The notes beneath the pieces were generated by a model, which was given only the letters and a program-made list of their open reading frames with translations, was not told the origin of the DNA and did not search any database. A stretch of 63,966 nucleotides of DNA, the filler included, from Octopus bimaculoides (Eukaryota): the NCBI RefSeq assembly GCF_001194135.2. It is 6 parts of 6 records of this genome, joined end to end, with 100 filler letters (N's around TTAATTAATTAA, not from the genome) between each part and the next. Parts side by side here need not be neighbours in the genome. Positions count along the whole stretch, not along the records: positions 12,865 to 37,444 come from NC_068982.1; 5 more parts are not named here. The stretch is one strand, 5' to 3'. Shown here in pieces: positions 24,063 to 36,560 of this stretch (within the stretch, counting starts at the first letter, position 1; each line of letters starts with the position of its first letter). A program made the translations under genes and the position numbers.

Positions 24063-24954
24063 GATGTAGTAGTAGTAGTAGCAGCAGTAGTAGTATTCAA
24101 TCAATGCCTCAAAGATAAACCTTCCTGGTTTACAGAAGTTGTTTTCTAAAACAACAGAAATAATGGCGTTTCCGTTGCAGAGATTCTTTTTTTTCCTCCT
24201 CTGTCTGTAGATATTTCCCCAACATTTTGCCATCAAAATACGCATGTGTGTATGTATATGTGTATATGTATATGCGTGTATGTGCGTATATATATATATA
24301 TATATATATGTACAAATATGTTTGCGTGTATATATATATATATATATATGTACAAATATGTTTGCGTGTATATATATNNNNNNNNNNNNNNNNNNNNNNN
24401 NNNNNNNNNNNNNNNNNNNNNNNNNNNNNNNNNNNNNNNNNNNNNNNNNNNNNNNNNNNNNNNNNNNNNNNNNNNNNNNNNNNNNNNNNNNNNNNNNNNN
24501 NNNNNNNNNNNNNNNNNNNNNNNNNNNNNNNNNNNNNNNNNNNNNNNNNNNNNNNNNNNNNNNNNNNNNNNNNNNNNNNNNNNNNNNNNNNNNNNNNNNN
24601 NNNNNNNNNNNNNNNNNNNNNNNNNNNNNNNNNNNNNNNNNNNNNNNNNNNNNNNNNNNNNNNNNNNNNNNNNNNNNNNNNNNNNNNNNNNNNNNNNNNN
24701 NNNNNNNNNNNNNNNNNNNNNNNNNNNNNNNNNNNNNNNNNNNNNNNNNNNNNNNNNNNNNNNNNNNNNNNNNNNNNNNNNNNNNNNNNNNNNNNNNNNN
24801 NNNNNNNNNNNNNNNNNNNNNNNNNNNNNNNNNNNNNNNNNNNNNNNNNNNNNNNNNNNNNNNNNNNNNNNNNNNNNNNNNNNNNNNNNNNNNNNNNNNN
24901 NNNNNNNNNNNNNNNNNNNNNNNNNNNNNNNNNNNNNNNNNNNNNNNNNNNNNN

Positions 24955-25013
<59 letters not shown>

Positions 25014-25186
25014 TATAAAAGTACGGAAATACACAAGTATAAAGCGACACTCGCATATCTACTGATATAGGCAGGGATTTTTGTACGTATGGAAGCTCAC
25101 GTACACATGCATACACACAGGCGGTCATATATACACACGCGCGCATGTGCACACGCACGCACGTACGCTCACACACATGAAAGTGG

Positions 25187-25251
<65 letters not shown>

Positions 25252-25349
25252 NNNNNNNNNNNNNNNNNNNNNNNNNNNNNNNNNNNNNNNNNNNNNNNNN
25301 NNNNNNNNNNNNNNNNNNNNNNNNNNNNNNNNNNNNNNNNNNNNNNNNN

Positions 25350-25414
<65 letters not shown>

Positions 25415-25754
25415 AAGGGAGGGAAGGAGACAGAAGCAGAACAGAAAATATTAATACGCTTACAGATATGTTTGATATAGGTAGGGGATCATATTTAGTA
25501 AGATTGTCGATTATATTCTTGATTCGTATTTTTGTTTCTAGCGACACTTGGAGGTGAAAAACAAAAAAAGAAAAACAAAGTTAAACCACGCTGGGATTCG
25601 AACTAAAAATGGACAGAATCAATTTATTCTTTCTTCTACCTCGTCGCTGTACCGACTGTGCCAGCTGCTGTTTTATGGTAATATTTATATTATTAATGAT
25701 CAAGAGAGAGAGAGAGAGTGTGTGTGTGTGTGTGAGAGAGAGAGAGACAGAGAG

Positions 25755-25798
<44 letters not shown>

Positions 25799-26120
25799 CG
25801 GTAGGGAAAAAGAACGCTGCCACAAGTATAAGAAAAATGAAGGGAAAGACGAGAAAAAATAATTAAGAAAAGTACGAAGAACTATGAAGAGGAAGATAAA
25901 GAGGTGGAAGGGAAGCTGAAGGAGGGGGATAATGGTTGGTGGGGATAGAAGGAGGAATCACACACATATAACAACAACAAAAATAACTCCGAGAAACAAC
26001 GAAAAATGTTGTCAATTGAAGATTAAAACAAAAACACACTCTCTGCCTATTTAAACATTTGCACCAAAATTTCTGGCCTTCATTATTCCATATCATTAAG
26101 TGCATATGATCTTCACAAAT

Positions 26121-26151
<31 letters not shown>

Positions 26152-26579
26152 GCAATAATAATACTAATGATAATTACGACACGACTAATGGCAACAATTA
26201 CGGCACGGCTCAGTTGAGATGCTTAAAAAAACACGAATTGGAGAAGTCAAACGAACGATAGAGACAAGCTTTTAATCTGATTCAAAGTTGATCGGTGTCG
26301 ATGCCTGGATCAACGGATCAACAGTACCATTACCCCCTCCATCTCACTCTAATACAGCTGGTTTGACGATTAATATTTTCCAAATGGATTCACTGATGAT
26401 AATGTTATTATGGTTTCTGTTATTGTTGAGGTGCAGTTGTGTTAGCTAATTCTGTTAATGGACTTGTTTGTGGCTGTTATTGTTGTTGGTAATGGTGATA
26501 CTAATGGTGCTTATTGATTTTATTGTTGTTTTTTTTTTTTAATTTCCACTCTTATTTCAATCTTATTGTTATTAGTAGT

Positions 26580-27367
26580 AAGGTGGTTCGACAGCCAAAA
26601 CGCTCAGCTGCATTTCGTCCGTCTTTACGTTCTCGGTTCAAATTCCGCCGAAGTTTACCTTGCCTTTCATCCTTTCGGTGTCGATAAAATAAGTACCAGT
26701 TGAGCACTGGGTCGATGTAATCGACTTACCCCAAGCCTGAAATTGCTGGCTTTGTGCCGTGAGCTTGTAGAATTGTTAGCACGCCAGACAAACGCTTAGC
26801 AGCATTTCGTCCGATTTTACGTTTCGAGTACAAATTATGCTGAGGTCGACTTTGCTTTTGATTCTTTCGGGCTTGATAAAATAAAGTACTAGTTAAGTAC
26901 TGGGGCCGACGTAATCGACTAGTCCCGTCCTCAAAATTTCAGGCCTTGTGATTATAGTAGAAAGAATTATTATTATTATTATAAGCAGTGGATTGGTAGA
27001 ACCGTTAACGCATCGGACATAAATGCTTAGATGCATTTTCCCAGCTGTTTATGTCCTGAGTTCAAATACCGTTGATGTCAATTTTGCCTCGCATCTTTCA
27101 GGTCGATGTAATCGGCTGACCCCTTCCCTTAAAATTCCTGGTCTTGTGCCAAAATTCGAGATGGCAGAGTCGTTTGCACGCAGGACAAAATGCATAGCGG
27201 CATTTTTTCTGACTCTTTAAGTTCAGAGCTCAAATTCCACTGAGGTTGACTTTGTCTTTCATCCTTTCGGGGGTCAATAAAATAAATACAAGTTGATCAC
27301 CCGGGTCCATGTAATCGAGTATCCCCTCCTTCAAAATTGTTGACTTTTTTTTTACCAAAATTTCAAG
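26580..27367 (+). mobile_element. Four diverged head-to-tail SINE family B copies
   Basis: Motif GACTTTGCCTTTCATCCTTTCGGGGTCGATAAA.TAAGTACCAG (Deu/Nin-domain-like) repeated at about 180-220 bp spacing. Confidence 0.8.
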
Positions 27368-27609
27368 CTATGATTTCATAGAAAGGAGGAAAAAAGTTTT
27401 TTATTTCTCATTTTTTTTTTCATTCCAAACAGCAGAAACATAATGACATCGAACGTCTGAATTCTGGTTTATTGTGAATATTTGTGGTAGCTTTTATGTC
27501 ATCAAAACCTATTGAAGTTAATTGGTTTTATCATCAATAAATAATTTCAGTACGTTTTCGTTTACGGATATTAGTTGTGCACATTCCATATTCAAAGGTT
27601 AGACATATG

Positions 27610-27643
<34 letters not shown>

Positions 27644-28065
27644 TGTATTTATGTATGTATGTATGTATTTATGTATGTATGTATGTATGAATGTATGTAT
27701 GTAGGCATGTATGTATGTGTGTATGTGTGTATATATATANNNNNNNNNNNNNNNNNNNNNNNNNNNNNNNNNNNNNNNNNNNNNNNNNNNNNNNNNNNNN
27801 NNNNNNNNNNNNNNNNNNNNNNNNNNNNNNNNNNNNNNNNNNNNNNNNNNNNNNNNNNNNNNNNNNNNNNNNNNNNNNNNNNNNNNNNNNNNNNNNNNNN
27901 NNNNNNNNNNNNNNNNNNNNNNNNNNNNNNNNNNNNNNNNNNNNNNNNNNNNNNNNNNNNNNNNNNNNNNNNNNNNNNNNNNNNNNNNNNNNNNNNNNNN
28001 NNNNNNNNNNNNNNTATGTATGTATGTATGTATGAATGTATGTATGTAGGCATGTATGTATGTGT

Positions 28066-28099
<34 letters not shown>

Positions 28100-28499
28100 T
28101 CGTGTATCGCTTTTTTATTTGTTATTTGAAGAAGGTTGGCACCAATGGGCTTTGAATCTCTCCCTGTGTATGATTGGTAGAGATCAATGCCATTACCGTT
28201 AAGCCTCATCCTACAGAGGAAAACATATGTAAACAGAAAAAGAAATCAGTTCTCTGTAGAAACGATTGAATGAAATATTTTAGAGCTGAGTCATGAATGG
28301 TTTAAGCATAATGACAGTGGTGAGAAGATGAGGCGATGATGAATCCGGTGTATCGGATGCTACGCAACTTACTTGTTCAGAGAAGAAGTCGCTACTAGTT
28401 ACTGTAGAAGCCTTCATTGAACAGTGAGATGCCTATTTACTTGGAAAGAAACAATGTAGTTATTAATAAGATTTTAAACGACTGTCAAGATATCGGTCG

Positions 28500-28645
28500 A
28501 TCTCCGACAGGTTTATGTTCGAGCCTGTGGTAGCTCAGGCCTTTGGTGTTCTTGGCCCCTGGACCATATCCCTGCTCACTGCTATCGGGGCAGAGATGGC
28601 TATCCACAAGTGTGCGTCCCGTGAGTCAGAGTGGCTGTTCCAGTT
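28500..28645 (+). mobile_element. CRE-clade-like retrotransposon C-terminal endonuclease fragment
   Basis: FEPVVAQAFGVLGPWTISLLTAIGAEMAIHKCASRESEWLFQ resembles F.P.AVET.GV.GP...FL..IG......G..RE..WL.Q. Confidence 0.55.
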
Positions 28646-29466
28646 TGCATGTTTGTGTGTATGCATGTATGTATGTATTTATGCATGTATGTATGTATGT
28701 TCTATTCTTTTAATGATTATAAATCTTCCACTGAGGAGGGAGCCGGTTTCCAACAAAGATACAAGGCTCCATCTCTGGGATGTAGTATGTATGTATGTAT
28801 GTATGTATGTATGTATGTATGTATGTGTGTATGTATGTATGTATGTATGTATGTATGTATGTATGTATGCAATGAAAGTTAAATTCAGATGATTTCTGCA
28901 CAGAGTAGTTTATGTACAAAGTGAAGGATTCAAAACTCAGATCAAGAATTTCATCATTACAGAAATGGTTTTTAGACACAGAGGAAACAAACGATGACAG
29001 CCTCGGCGCCTATCCTGTATTCTCCACCTTTCCAGATGTTTATCAGACTCACTATTTCATTTTTTTCATCCTTCCTTCTTTCTACACATCTCCAGTTATC
29101 TCTCCTTTCCTCTTGTCGGTAGCTGCTTTTGGCTATTATCTTAATGTCATTGCAGTCCTCCGTCCAACTTTTATTTTTCGGGGTTAGAGTAGTTGTAAGC
29201 GTTCCACCCTCAAGCAACGTGCCAACACACCGATATCAAGTTTTATTGCTATTTGTGCGGATAGAGGAGCGATAAGAGAATAAATGTGGAGAAATATCCT
29301 TGAGTATTCCTTTATACAACTCAAAAGGAGCAAGAACACATTCGTGCATATAATAACATAAACCAGATTAGAATAAATAGTTATTTGTTTATTTAAGACT
29401 TGCTGAAGCTTTATTACCGCTTTAGATACAACAGCTGTTTACTCCTTTTATGTTCATGAACAGTGT

Positions 29467-29511
<45 letters not shown>

Positions 29512-29555
29512 ATGTGCATGCATGTATATAAGTGAATATATATATGTGTGTGTGA

Positions 29556-29601
<46 letters not shown>

Positions 29602-29864
29602 GCGCACATGCGCACATAGTCCACTAATGGCTTAGCTGGCCGAAACTTCGAAGTTACTATCAATACTATTCTTGTTTACGAATAATAAATTTCTACTCTA
29701 CAAAAGTATGGAGTAATCCTTCAGATTAATGTAAATTTGTTTTTATTTGAACTAAACACAAAAAACAAACAATAATATAAATACAAATATACATACATAC
29801 ATACATACATACATACATACATACATACATACATACATACATACATACATGCATACTAGGGTCG

Positions 29865-30005
29865 CTAACTGGCTGAATCGTTAGTATGCCGAAGAAAGTG
29901 CTTAGCAGTGATTTCGTCCGTCTGTACATTCTGAGTTCAAATTCTGTTGAAGTTGACTTTGCATTTCATCCTTTCGGTGTCGATAAAATAAGTACCAGTT
30001 GAAGA
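29865..30005 (+). mobile_element. SINE family B, truncated by the inverted repeat
   Basis: GCTGAATCGTTAG...TTTGCATTTCATCCTTTCGGTGTCGATAAAATAAGTACCAGTTG. Confidence 0.75.
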
Positions 30006-30284
30006 CTTCAGCACGAACTGCAAGGAAATTATAATTCTCAGAATCTTATACAAGTTGTTCACCCCTAGAGGCGAACGTGTATATGGTTCTGCTACAAATT
30101 GGATATATGCTACGCAGTAACCATTTTCTGCAGAGATATTTCCGGAATTAGCGCGCCAAAACGAAGATATTTGATTTTTACCATTACGTTGTAATTAGCA
30201 GAACCATATACACGTTCGCCTCTAGGGGTGAACAACTTGTATAAGATTCTGAGAATCATAATTACCTTGCAGTTCGTGCTGAAG
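30006..30284. repeat. 89-bp inverted repeat (2 mismatches) with 101-bp spacer
   Basis: 30006-30094 vs 30196-30284. Confidence 0.9.
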
Positions 30285-30336
30285 AGGAACAGATATTTTC
30301 GGTAAGAGAATGTTAATTCCGAAACCGGTCCACGAA
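30273..30336 (+). ncRNA. Minimal type-I hammerhead ribozyme motif HH2
   Basis: UUCGUG-CUGAAGA-GGAA...UUCC-GAAAC-CG-GUC-CACGAA: 6-bp stem I, intact core, palindromic ACCGGU stem III, GUC cleavage triplet at 30328-30330. Confidence 0.8.
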
Positions 30337-30652
30337 TAACAATGTTTTATTTTTATTTATGTAATTTTCACTGTCTTGCCCACATACGGTTTGGTATTTC
30401 GCTGAATTTCTTTTGAGAACTATTAGGTCTTAGTAGACACAACATATGATCTTGTTCTAGCACATTAAACGTCCACTTAGTGGTCATCGTTATATATAAA
30501 CATATACTTTAATCCCCTAAGATCTCAGATATTTTTTCTGAATCTCTCTGATTCTTTCAATGTGCTAGCTTCCTGGTAATAAATCGATATTAATTAATAT
30601 CTGATTTTTTACCCTATGTTTTAATTATATATATATATACATGATAAACTTT

Positions 30653-30790
30653 TTTTCAGTTTCCGTCTACCAAACCTACGCGCAAGGCTCGAGGTTATTG
30701 TAGAGGACACTTGCCGAAGGCACAACATAGTTGGACTGAATCCGAAATCATGTGTTTGGGAAGGAAACTTCTGAACCTTACAGCCTTGCT
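30653..30790 (-). mobile_element. SINE family A 5' fragment
   Basis: TTTCAGTTTCCGTCTACCAAA...GACACTTGCC...GGACTGAATCCGAAATCATG. Confidence 0.7.
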
Positions 30791-31172
30791 TATGTATGCG
30801 TTCCCATTTTTCCAGAGATGCTAAAAGCTTGCCACATTTCAACTTTGGCAGATTTTCACCAAGACTATAGCTCCTGTTTAAAGATATCATCTTGAAATAT
30901 TATCTGTCACGTTTACTCCTATTGTGTGTTTACTCTTTCTCTCTTTTTCTTTCTCTGTCTCTCCCACTTTCTCTTCCACTCTTCCTCCCTCCCCACGCTC
31001 TTGTATTTTAGCAAATATAAAAAGTGACTACGTTTAACGCAAACAAGTAAATTCAAAAGTTTTCAAAAAAAAGGCTCAAAGAGGAGAAAAAAGGGGTCTT
31101 TCTTTCTGCCGGCTTAGTTGTACAGTTGTACAGTTAATTATTTATATAGCTTATGTGCTGAACACACGAAAG

Positions 31173-31223
<51 letters not shown>

Positions 31224-32361
31224 ATATGTATGTATGTGTGTGCGTGCGTGTGTGTGCCTGCGCGTGTGTGCGTCTACATACGTACATACATATGCGTGTG
31301 CAGCACATACATAGATGCACATTCGCCTATTGTGTATATATATATATACAGAAGCACACACAAACGTACAGACTCACATACACACACGCATGCATGCATT
31401 CATTCACATACAGACATACTTTTATATACAAACATACACATAGACAGGCATATACCCATGTATGTGTGCGTGTGCGTGTGTGTGTGTGTGTTTGTGCGTG
31501 CGTGCGTGCGTGCGTGTGTATCTGTTCTTATATATGTATGTACATACATATATTTATATATATGTATATATGCGCATGTATATATATACATACAATGGAC
31601 ATTTACTTTACATCGTTCTTACACGCTCTCAAAAGAAAATGACACGAACGACACAACATTGAAATGTAAGAACACAGACCCCCCCCCCNNNNNNNNNNNN
31701 NNNNNNNNNNNNNNNNNNNNNNNNNNNNNNNNNNNNNNNNNNNNNNNNNNNNNNNNNNNNNNNNNNNNNNNNNNNNNNNNNNNNNNNNNNNNNNNNNNNN
31801 NNNNNNNNNNNNNNNNNNNNNNNNNNNNNNNNNNNNNNNNNNNNNNNNNNNNNNNNNNNNNNNNNNNNNNNNNNNNNNNNNNNNNNNNNNNNNNNNNNNN
31901 NNNNNNNNNNNNNNNNNNNNNNNNNNNNNNNNNNNNNNNNNNNNNNNNNNNNNNNNNNNNNNNNNNNNNNNNNNNNNNNNNNNNNNNNNNNNNNNNNNNN
32001 NNNNNNNNNNNNNNNNNNNNNNNNNNNNNNNNNNNNNNNNNNNNNNNNNNNNNNNNNNNNNNNNNNNNNNNNNNNNNNNNNNNNNNNNNNNNNNNNNNNN
32101 NNNNNNNNNNNNNNNNNNNNNNNNNNNNNNNNNNNNNNNNNNNNNNNNNNNNNNNNNNNNNNNNNNNNNNNNNNNNNNNNNNNNNNNNNNNNNNNNNNNN
32201 NNNNNNNNNNNNNNNNNNNNNNNNNNNNNNNNNNNNNNNNNNNNNNNNNNNNNNNNNNNNNNNNNNNNNNNNNNNNNNNNNNNNNNNNNNNNNNNNNNNN
32301 NNNNNNNNNNNNNNNNNNNNNNNNNNNNNNNNNNNNNNNNNNNNNNNNNNNNNNNNNTTTA

Positions 32362-32446
<85 letters not shown>

Positions 32447-32563
32447 CAGTGCTAGGCAGTGACTCTCATGGCTTTTGATCTTTATGAGACTTAATGCAGA
32501 ACAAAGAATACATTGTCAGTTAATAATAAACTCTATTTTTTTTTTTGCAGGAATATTAGAGAT

Positions 32564-33579
32564 ATGACTACATAGGAAGACAAACGCCAAAGAGTATGTG
32601 ATTTGGTCCGTGCACAAGTCGATCCGAAGAGGATCTCAAGCATATTCGGAGTACCCTTATACGCAGTTTATAACGTCAAGAAGAGAATGGACATGGGTAA
32701 CGGCTTTCAGAGGAAGTCTAGCAGCTGTGGGGCCAACAAGAAACGGAATCAAGACTTCATCAACACCCTCAAGTACAAAATTTCAACGGACCCAAGCACA
32801 TCTATGAAGAAGCTGGCTTCCGAACTTGAAGTGGACCCCAAGACCATCAGAACGAACAGCTGTGAATGATGACGTGGACCTCAGTTCCTACACCAGGACA
32901 CCGAGACACTTACTGACAGAGCCTATGAAGGCCAGAAGATTGGAGAGGTGCAAAAAGATTCTCTCAAACCTCAAAAAGAACAGGGCCACTGTGAAAATTT
33001 TCTCTGACGAGATCTTCATAGTGGATGCGTTGTGAACCGCAGAAACGACCGGTACATTTCAGAGTCAACAGCTGACGACAGGGGTACCTACAGAACAAAC
33101 ATCCAACCTAGGTCACGGCCTTCGGTGTTGTGGTCTCTGACGGAAGAAAGATGTTCATCTACTTTTAGAAGTTTGGAGAAAAGGTGGGTGCTGACGCCTG
33201 CTACAAGACGCTGAGGTACCATGTCTTGCCAAGTTTCAAGGTCAACTACCCGGAGGGCAGCTATGTGTGGCCTCAGGATGGTGCTCCCAGCCATACTGCC
33301 AAGAAGGTACCGAATTTCTGCAAATCCTACTTTGCTACTTTCTGGCCTGCGTACTTCTGATCTTCTTCCAGCCCAGATCTCAACCCTCTGGATTATGCTG
33401 TGTGGGGAATTTTGGAACATGCCACCAACAAAACCTTCCACCCCAATATCAACTCTCTGAAGGCCGCTATTAATGAGGAGTGGGCCAGGATGTCCAGCGA
33501 TTTCGTGGTGAAGAGTTGTGCGGGCTTCCGGGGCCATGTGAAGGCCATAATTGCAAACAATGGAAGCCACATAGAATAA
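32564..33579 (+). pseudogene. DD37D (maT-type) transposase, nearly complete but disrupted
   Basis: KIFSDE, QDGAPSH followed 37 residues later by D in SPDLNPLDY, terminal NGSHIE* (33577-33579); stops and frameshifts present; possible right TIR ...TTTTGCATCCCTACCCAG|TA near 33684-33703. Confidence 0.9.
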
Positions 33580-34005
33580 ATTACTCGTTTTATAATTATA
33601 TATGAATGTTTATCACCTAATTTTGAATTACTAAACCTATTGATGTGCAATGAGAGTTTCAAATGTTACAGCAATTTTGCAAGTTTTGCATCCCTACCCA
33701 GTACATGTCCCCTTAAAAGTCAAAAACGTTCCCGATTTCGTTAAATTGTTTCCCGGACTTTTGCGACAACACTTTATTGATTGACTGACAAGTTCTTATT
33801 TATCCAGTTTCGTTTGATATTTAAAAGATAAATTATTTTTAATGTTTAACCCCATATCCCACAGTTTCATGCTTTGTGCCTATGTTTGAAAGATTATTAT
33901 TATCAGGGCGCTGGATTTACAAGATGATTGGGCGACAGTTGACGGAAAGTGAGTGAGAGAAAGAGTGAGAAAGAGAGAGAGAGAGAAAGAGAAGGAAAGA
34001 GAGAG

Positions 34006-34090
<85 letters not shown>

Positions 34091-35003
34091 TTCAAAGACA
34101 GTCATATAGCAGTCGCTACCTGAGTACTCAGTCGGTGTGAGCTAATGGAAGTTCTGATTACATAATACAATCAGAAGATGTAAGTTAATATAACTTAAAA
34201 CTAGCAAGCTTTCTTGCTAATGCGAGGAAACATTTATGGAAATTGATTTGCTTCAGGCTGATCTAAAAATGGCAAAGGAAGAGAAAATTTGCAATAAATA
34301 AATCTTTAGTAGAATGTGGGTTATACATCTTTAGATGTATACCTGACTTTCCTACTATAAAATTATAGAAATATAACGGAACGCTGAACTCCAGACTATC
34401 AACTTAAACAACACTTTATTTAGGTGGTAAATATATACATCTTTAGTTCTTGTTACAGCTTCTGTTGTTGGGACGTTGTTATGTAGGTGTGAGCGAGCTG
34501 TCGAGCGTAAGTCCGAAAGATGTAGAGAGACAGCTTAACACGTAAAGAGGCTGTCTCCAGAGTTCGAATGTTAGAGACACTCTTGACACGTCCATTGCTC
34601 TATGCTTGCCAGCAAGAAAGAGAATGAATTGAGCGGGAACGCTTGGTTGTTTAATTCTACGCATGCGCACGGCGTTACTACAAATCTATACATGTGGTTT
34701 ATTAAATGTGACTCTCGGAGTATAAACAGAGGTAAATGTTGCCTTTCAGCAAGTAAATTAACATCCCAGTACTGCAGTATGTATTATGTAGTGGCTATAT
34801 TTCGTACATTTGAAACAGTCCAATGCAAAGAAATCAATAATAAATAACATATGATAGATGATGTAATAGACTTGATGTAACTCAGAAGAGTCTAATATAA
34901 GAAATAATATTTTAGATATTTGCTTAAACAGAGTTCGTTAGATCGAAACTACGCCCTGCGAAGAAATATACAAACCATATACATGTACATTTTGTGTGTG
35001 TGT

Positions 35004-35268
35004 GTTGTTGTTGACACTCCGTCGCTTACGACGACGAGGGTTCCAGTTGATCCGATCAACGGAATAGCCTGCTCGTGAAATTAATGTGCAAGTGACTGAG
35101 CACTCCACAGACACGTGTACCCTTAACGTAGTTCTCGGGGATATTCAGCGTGACACAGTGTGACAAGGCTGACCCTTTGAATTACAGGCACAACAGAAAC
35201 AGGAAGTAAGAGTGAGAGAAAGTTGTGGTGAAAGAGTACAGCAGGGTTCGCCACCATCCCCTGTCGGA
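35004..35268 (-). mobile_element. SINE family C, 3' part with (CAA)n tail, head lost in gap
   Basis: Reverse complement of the 21857-22142 and 60362-60672 body; ends GACGGAGTGTCAACAACAAC. Confidence 0.85.
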
Positions 35269-36093
35269 NNNNNNNNNNNNNNNNNNNNNNNNNNNNNNNN
35301 NNNNNNNNNNNNNNNNNNNNNNNNNNNNNNNNNNNNNNNNNNNNNNNNNNNNNNNNNNNNNNNNNNNNNNNNNNNNNNNNNNNNNNNNNNNNNNNNNNNN
35401 NNNNNNNNNNNNNNNNNNNNNNNNNNNNNNNNNNNNNNNNNNNNNNNNNNNNNNNNNNNNNNNNNNNNNNNNNNNNNNNNNNNNNNNNNNNNNNNNNNNN
35501 NNNNNNNNNNNNNNNNNNNNNNNNNNNNNNNNNNNNNNNNNNNNNNNNNNNNNNNNNNNNNNNNNNNNNNNNNNNNNNNNNNNNNNNNNNNNNNNNNNNN
35601 NNNNNNNNNNNNNNNNNNNNNNNNNNNNNNNNNNNNNNNNNNNNNNNNNNNNNNNNNNNNNNNNNNNNNNNNNNNNNNNNNNNNNNNNNNNNNNNNNNNN
35701 NNNNNNNNNNNNNNNNNNNNNNNNNNNNNNNNNNNNNNNNNNNNNNNNNNNNNNNNNNNNNNNNNNNNNNNNNNNNNNNNNNNNNNNNNNNNNNNNNNNN
35801 NNNNNNNNNNNNNNNNNNNNNNNNNNNNNNNNNNNNNNNNNNNNNNNNNNNNNNNNNNNNNNNNNNNNNNNNNNNNNNNNNNNNNNNNNNNNNNNNNNNN
35901 NNNNNNNNNNNNNNNNNNNNNNNNNNNNNNNNNNNNNNNNNNNNNNNNNNNNNNNNNNNNNNNNNNNNNNNNNNNNNNNNNNNNNNNNNNNNNNNNNNNN
36001 NNNNNNNNNNNNNNNNNNNNNNNNNNNNNNNNNNNNNNNNNNNNNNNNNNNNAATCGGCTGGCCACCACTCGCAAAAATTTGAGGCCTTATGT

Positions 36094-36251
36094 CGGGGGC
36101 GGAATGAGAGTTTTAAGGGCCCTCGGGCATAACTGTTTACCGGGCCCCTTTGAATGTGTGTTTTAGTAACGTTAACATGTAGAGTGCAGGCCCCTCAGAG
36201 CTCCGGGCCCTCGGTCAGTGTCCGATTGACCGACTGCTCAGTCCTCCCCTG
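36094..36251. mobile_element. hAT-type MITE, 158 bp, with 8-bp TSD
   Basis: TIRs CGGGGGCGGAATGAG / CTCAGTCCTCCCCTG (12/15 match); TSD CCTTATGT vs CCTTGTGT; internal GGGCCC subterminal motifs. Confidence 0.75.
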
Positions 36252-36371
36252 CCTTGTGTCTATTAGAAAAGATTACTACAGGAGGTGACAAGTCTACTTT
36301 TAAGAAAGTCCCAGTCTCAGTTGGGTCCAGCTGACCGTACCGAGAATGGGCCACTGTTGGTAAGGGTTAAG

Positions 36372-36560
36372 AATGTCGAGCAAAATGACTTGCGGCATAT
36401 AAATTACAGTTTATTGCGTTCTGAATTCAAATCCAGCCGAAGTTGATTTTGCTTCACATCGTTCCAAGGTCAATAAAAGTATCAGTGAAGTATTAGAATC
36501 GATATCGTCGACTGCTCTCCCCTCAACTCTCTCTCCAAACCTGCTGGCATTGTGCTTATG
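36372..36560 (+). mobile_element. Old SINE family B copy
   Basis: TTCTGAATTCAAATCCAGCCGAAGTTGATTTTGCTTCACATC. Confidence 0.55.

Noticed and set aside
28972-29217. Possible LINE endonuclease remnant (IKII...ITGDV)
   Set aside because: Too degenerate to assign.
29615-29660. GGC...GGCCGAAAC resembling the 3' half of a hammerhead
   Set aside because: The CUGANGA core is missing (CACTAATGG) and there is no valid stem I or III; at best a dead relic.
36360-36371. piggyBac-like end AAGGGTTAA (also at 10371-10379)
   Set aside because: No matching TTAACCCTT partner end at a plausible distance.
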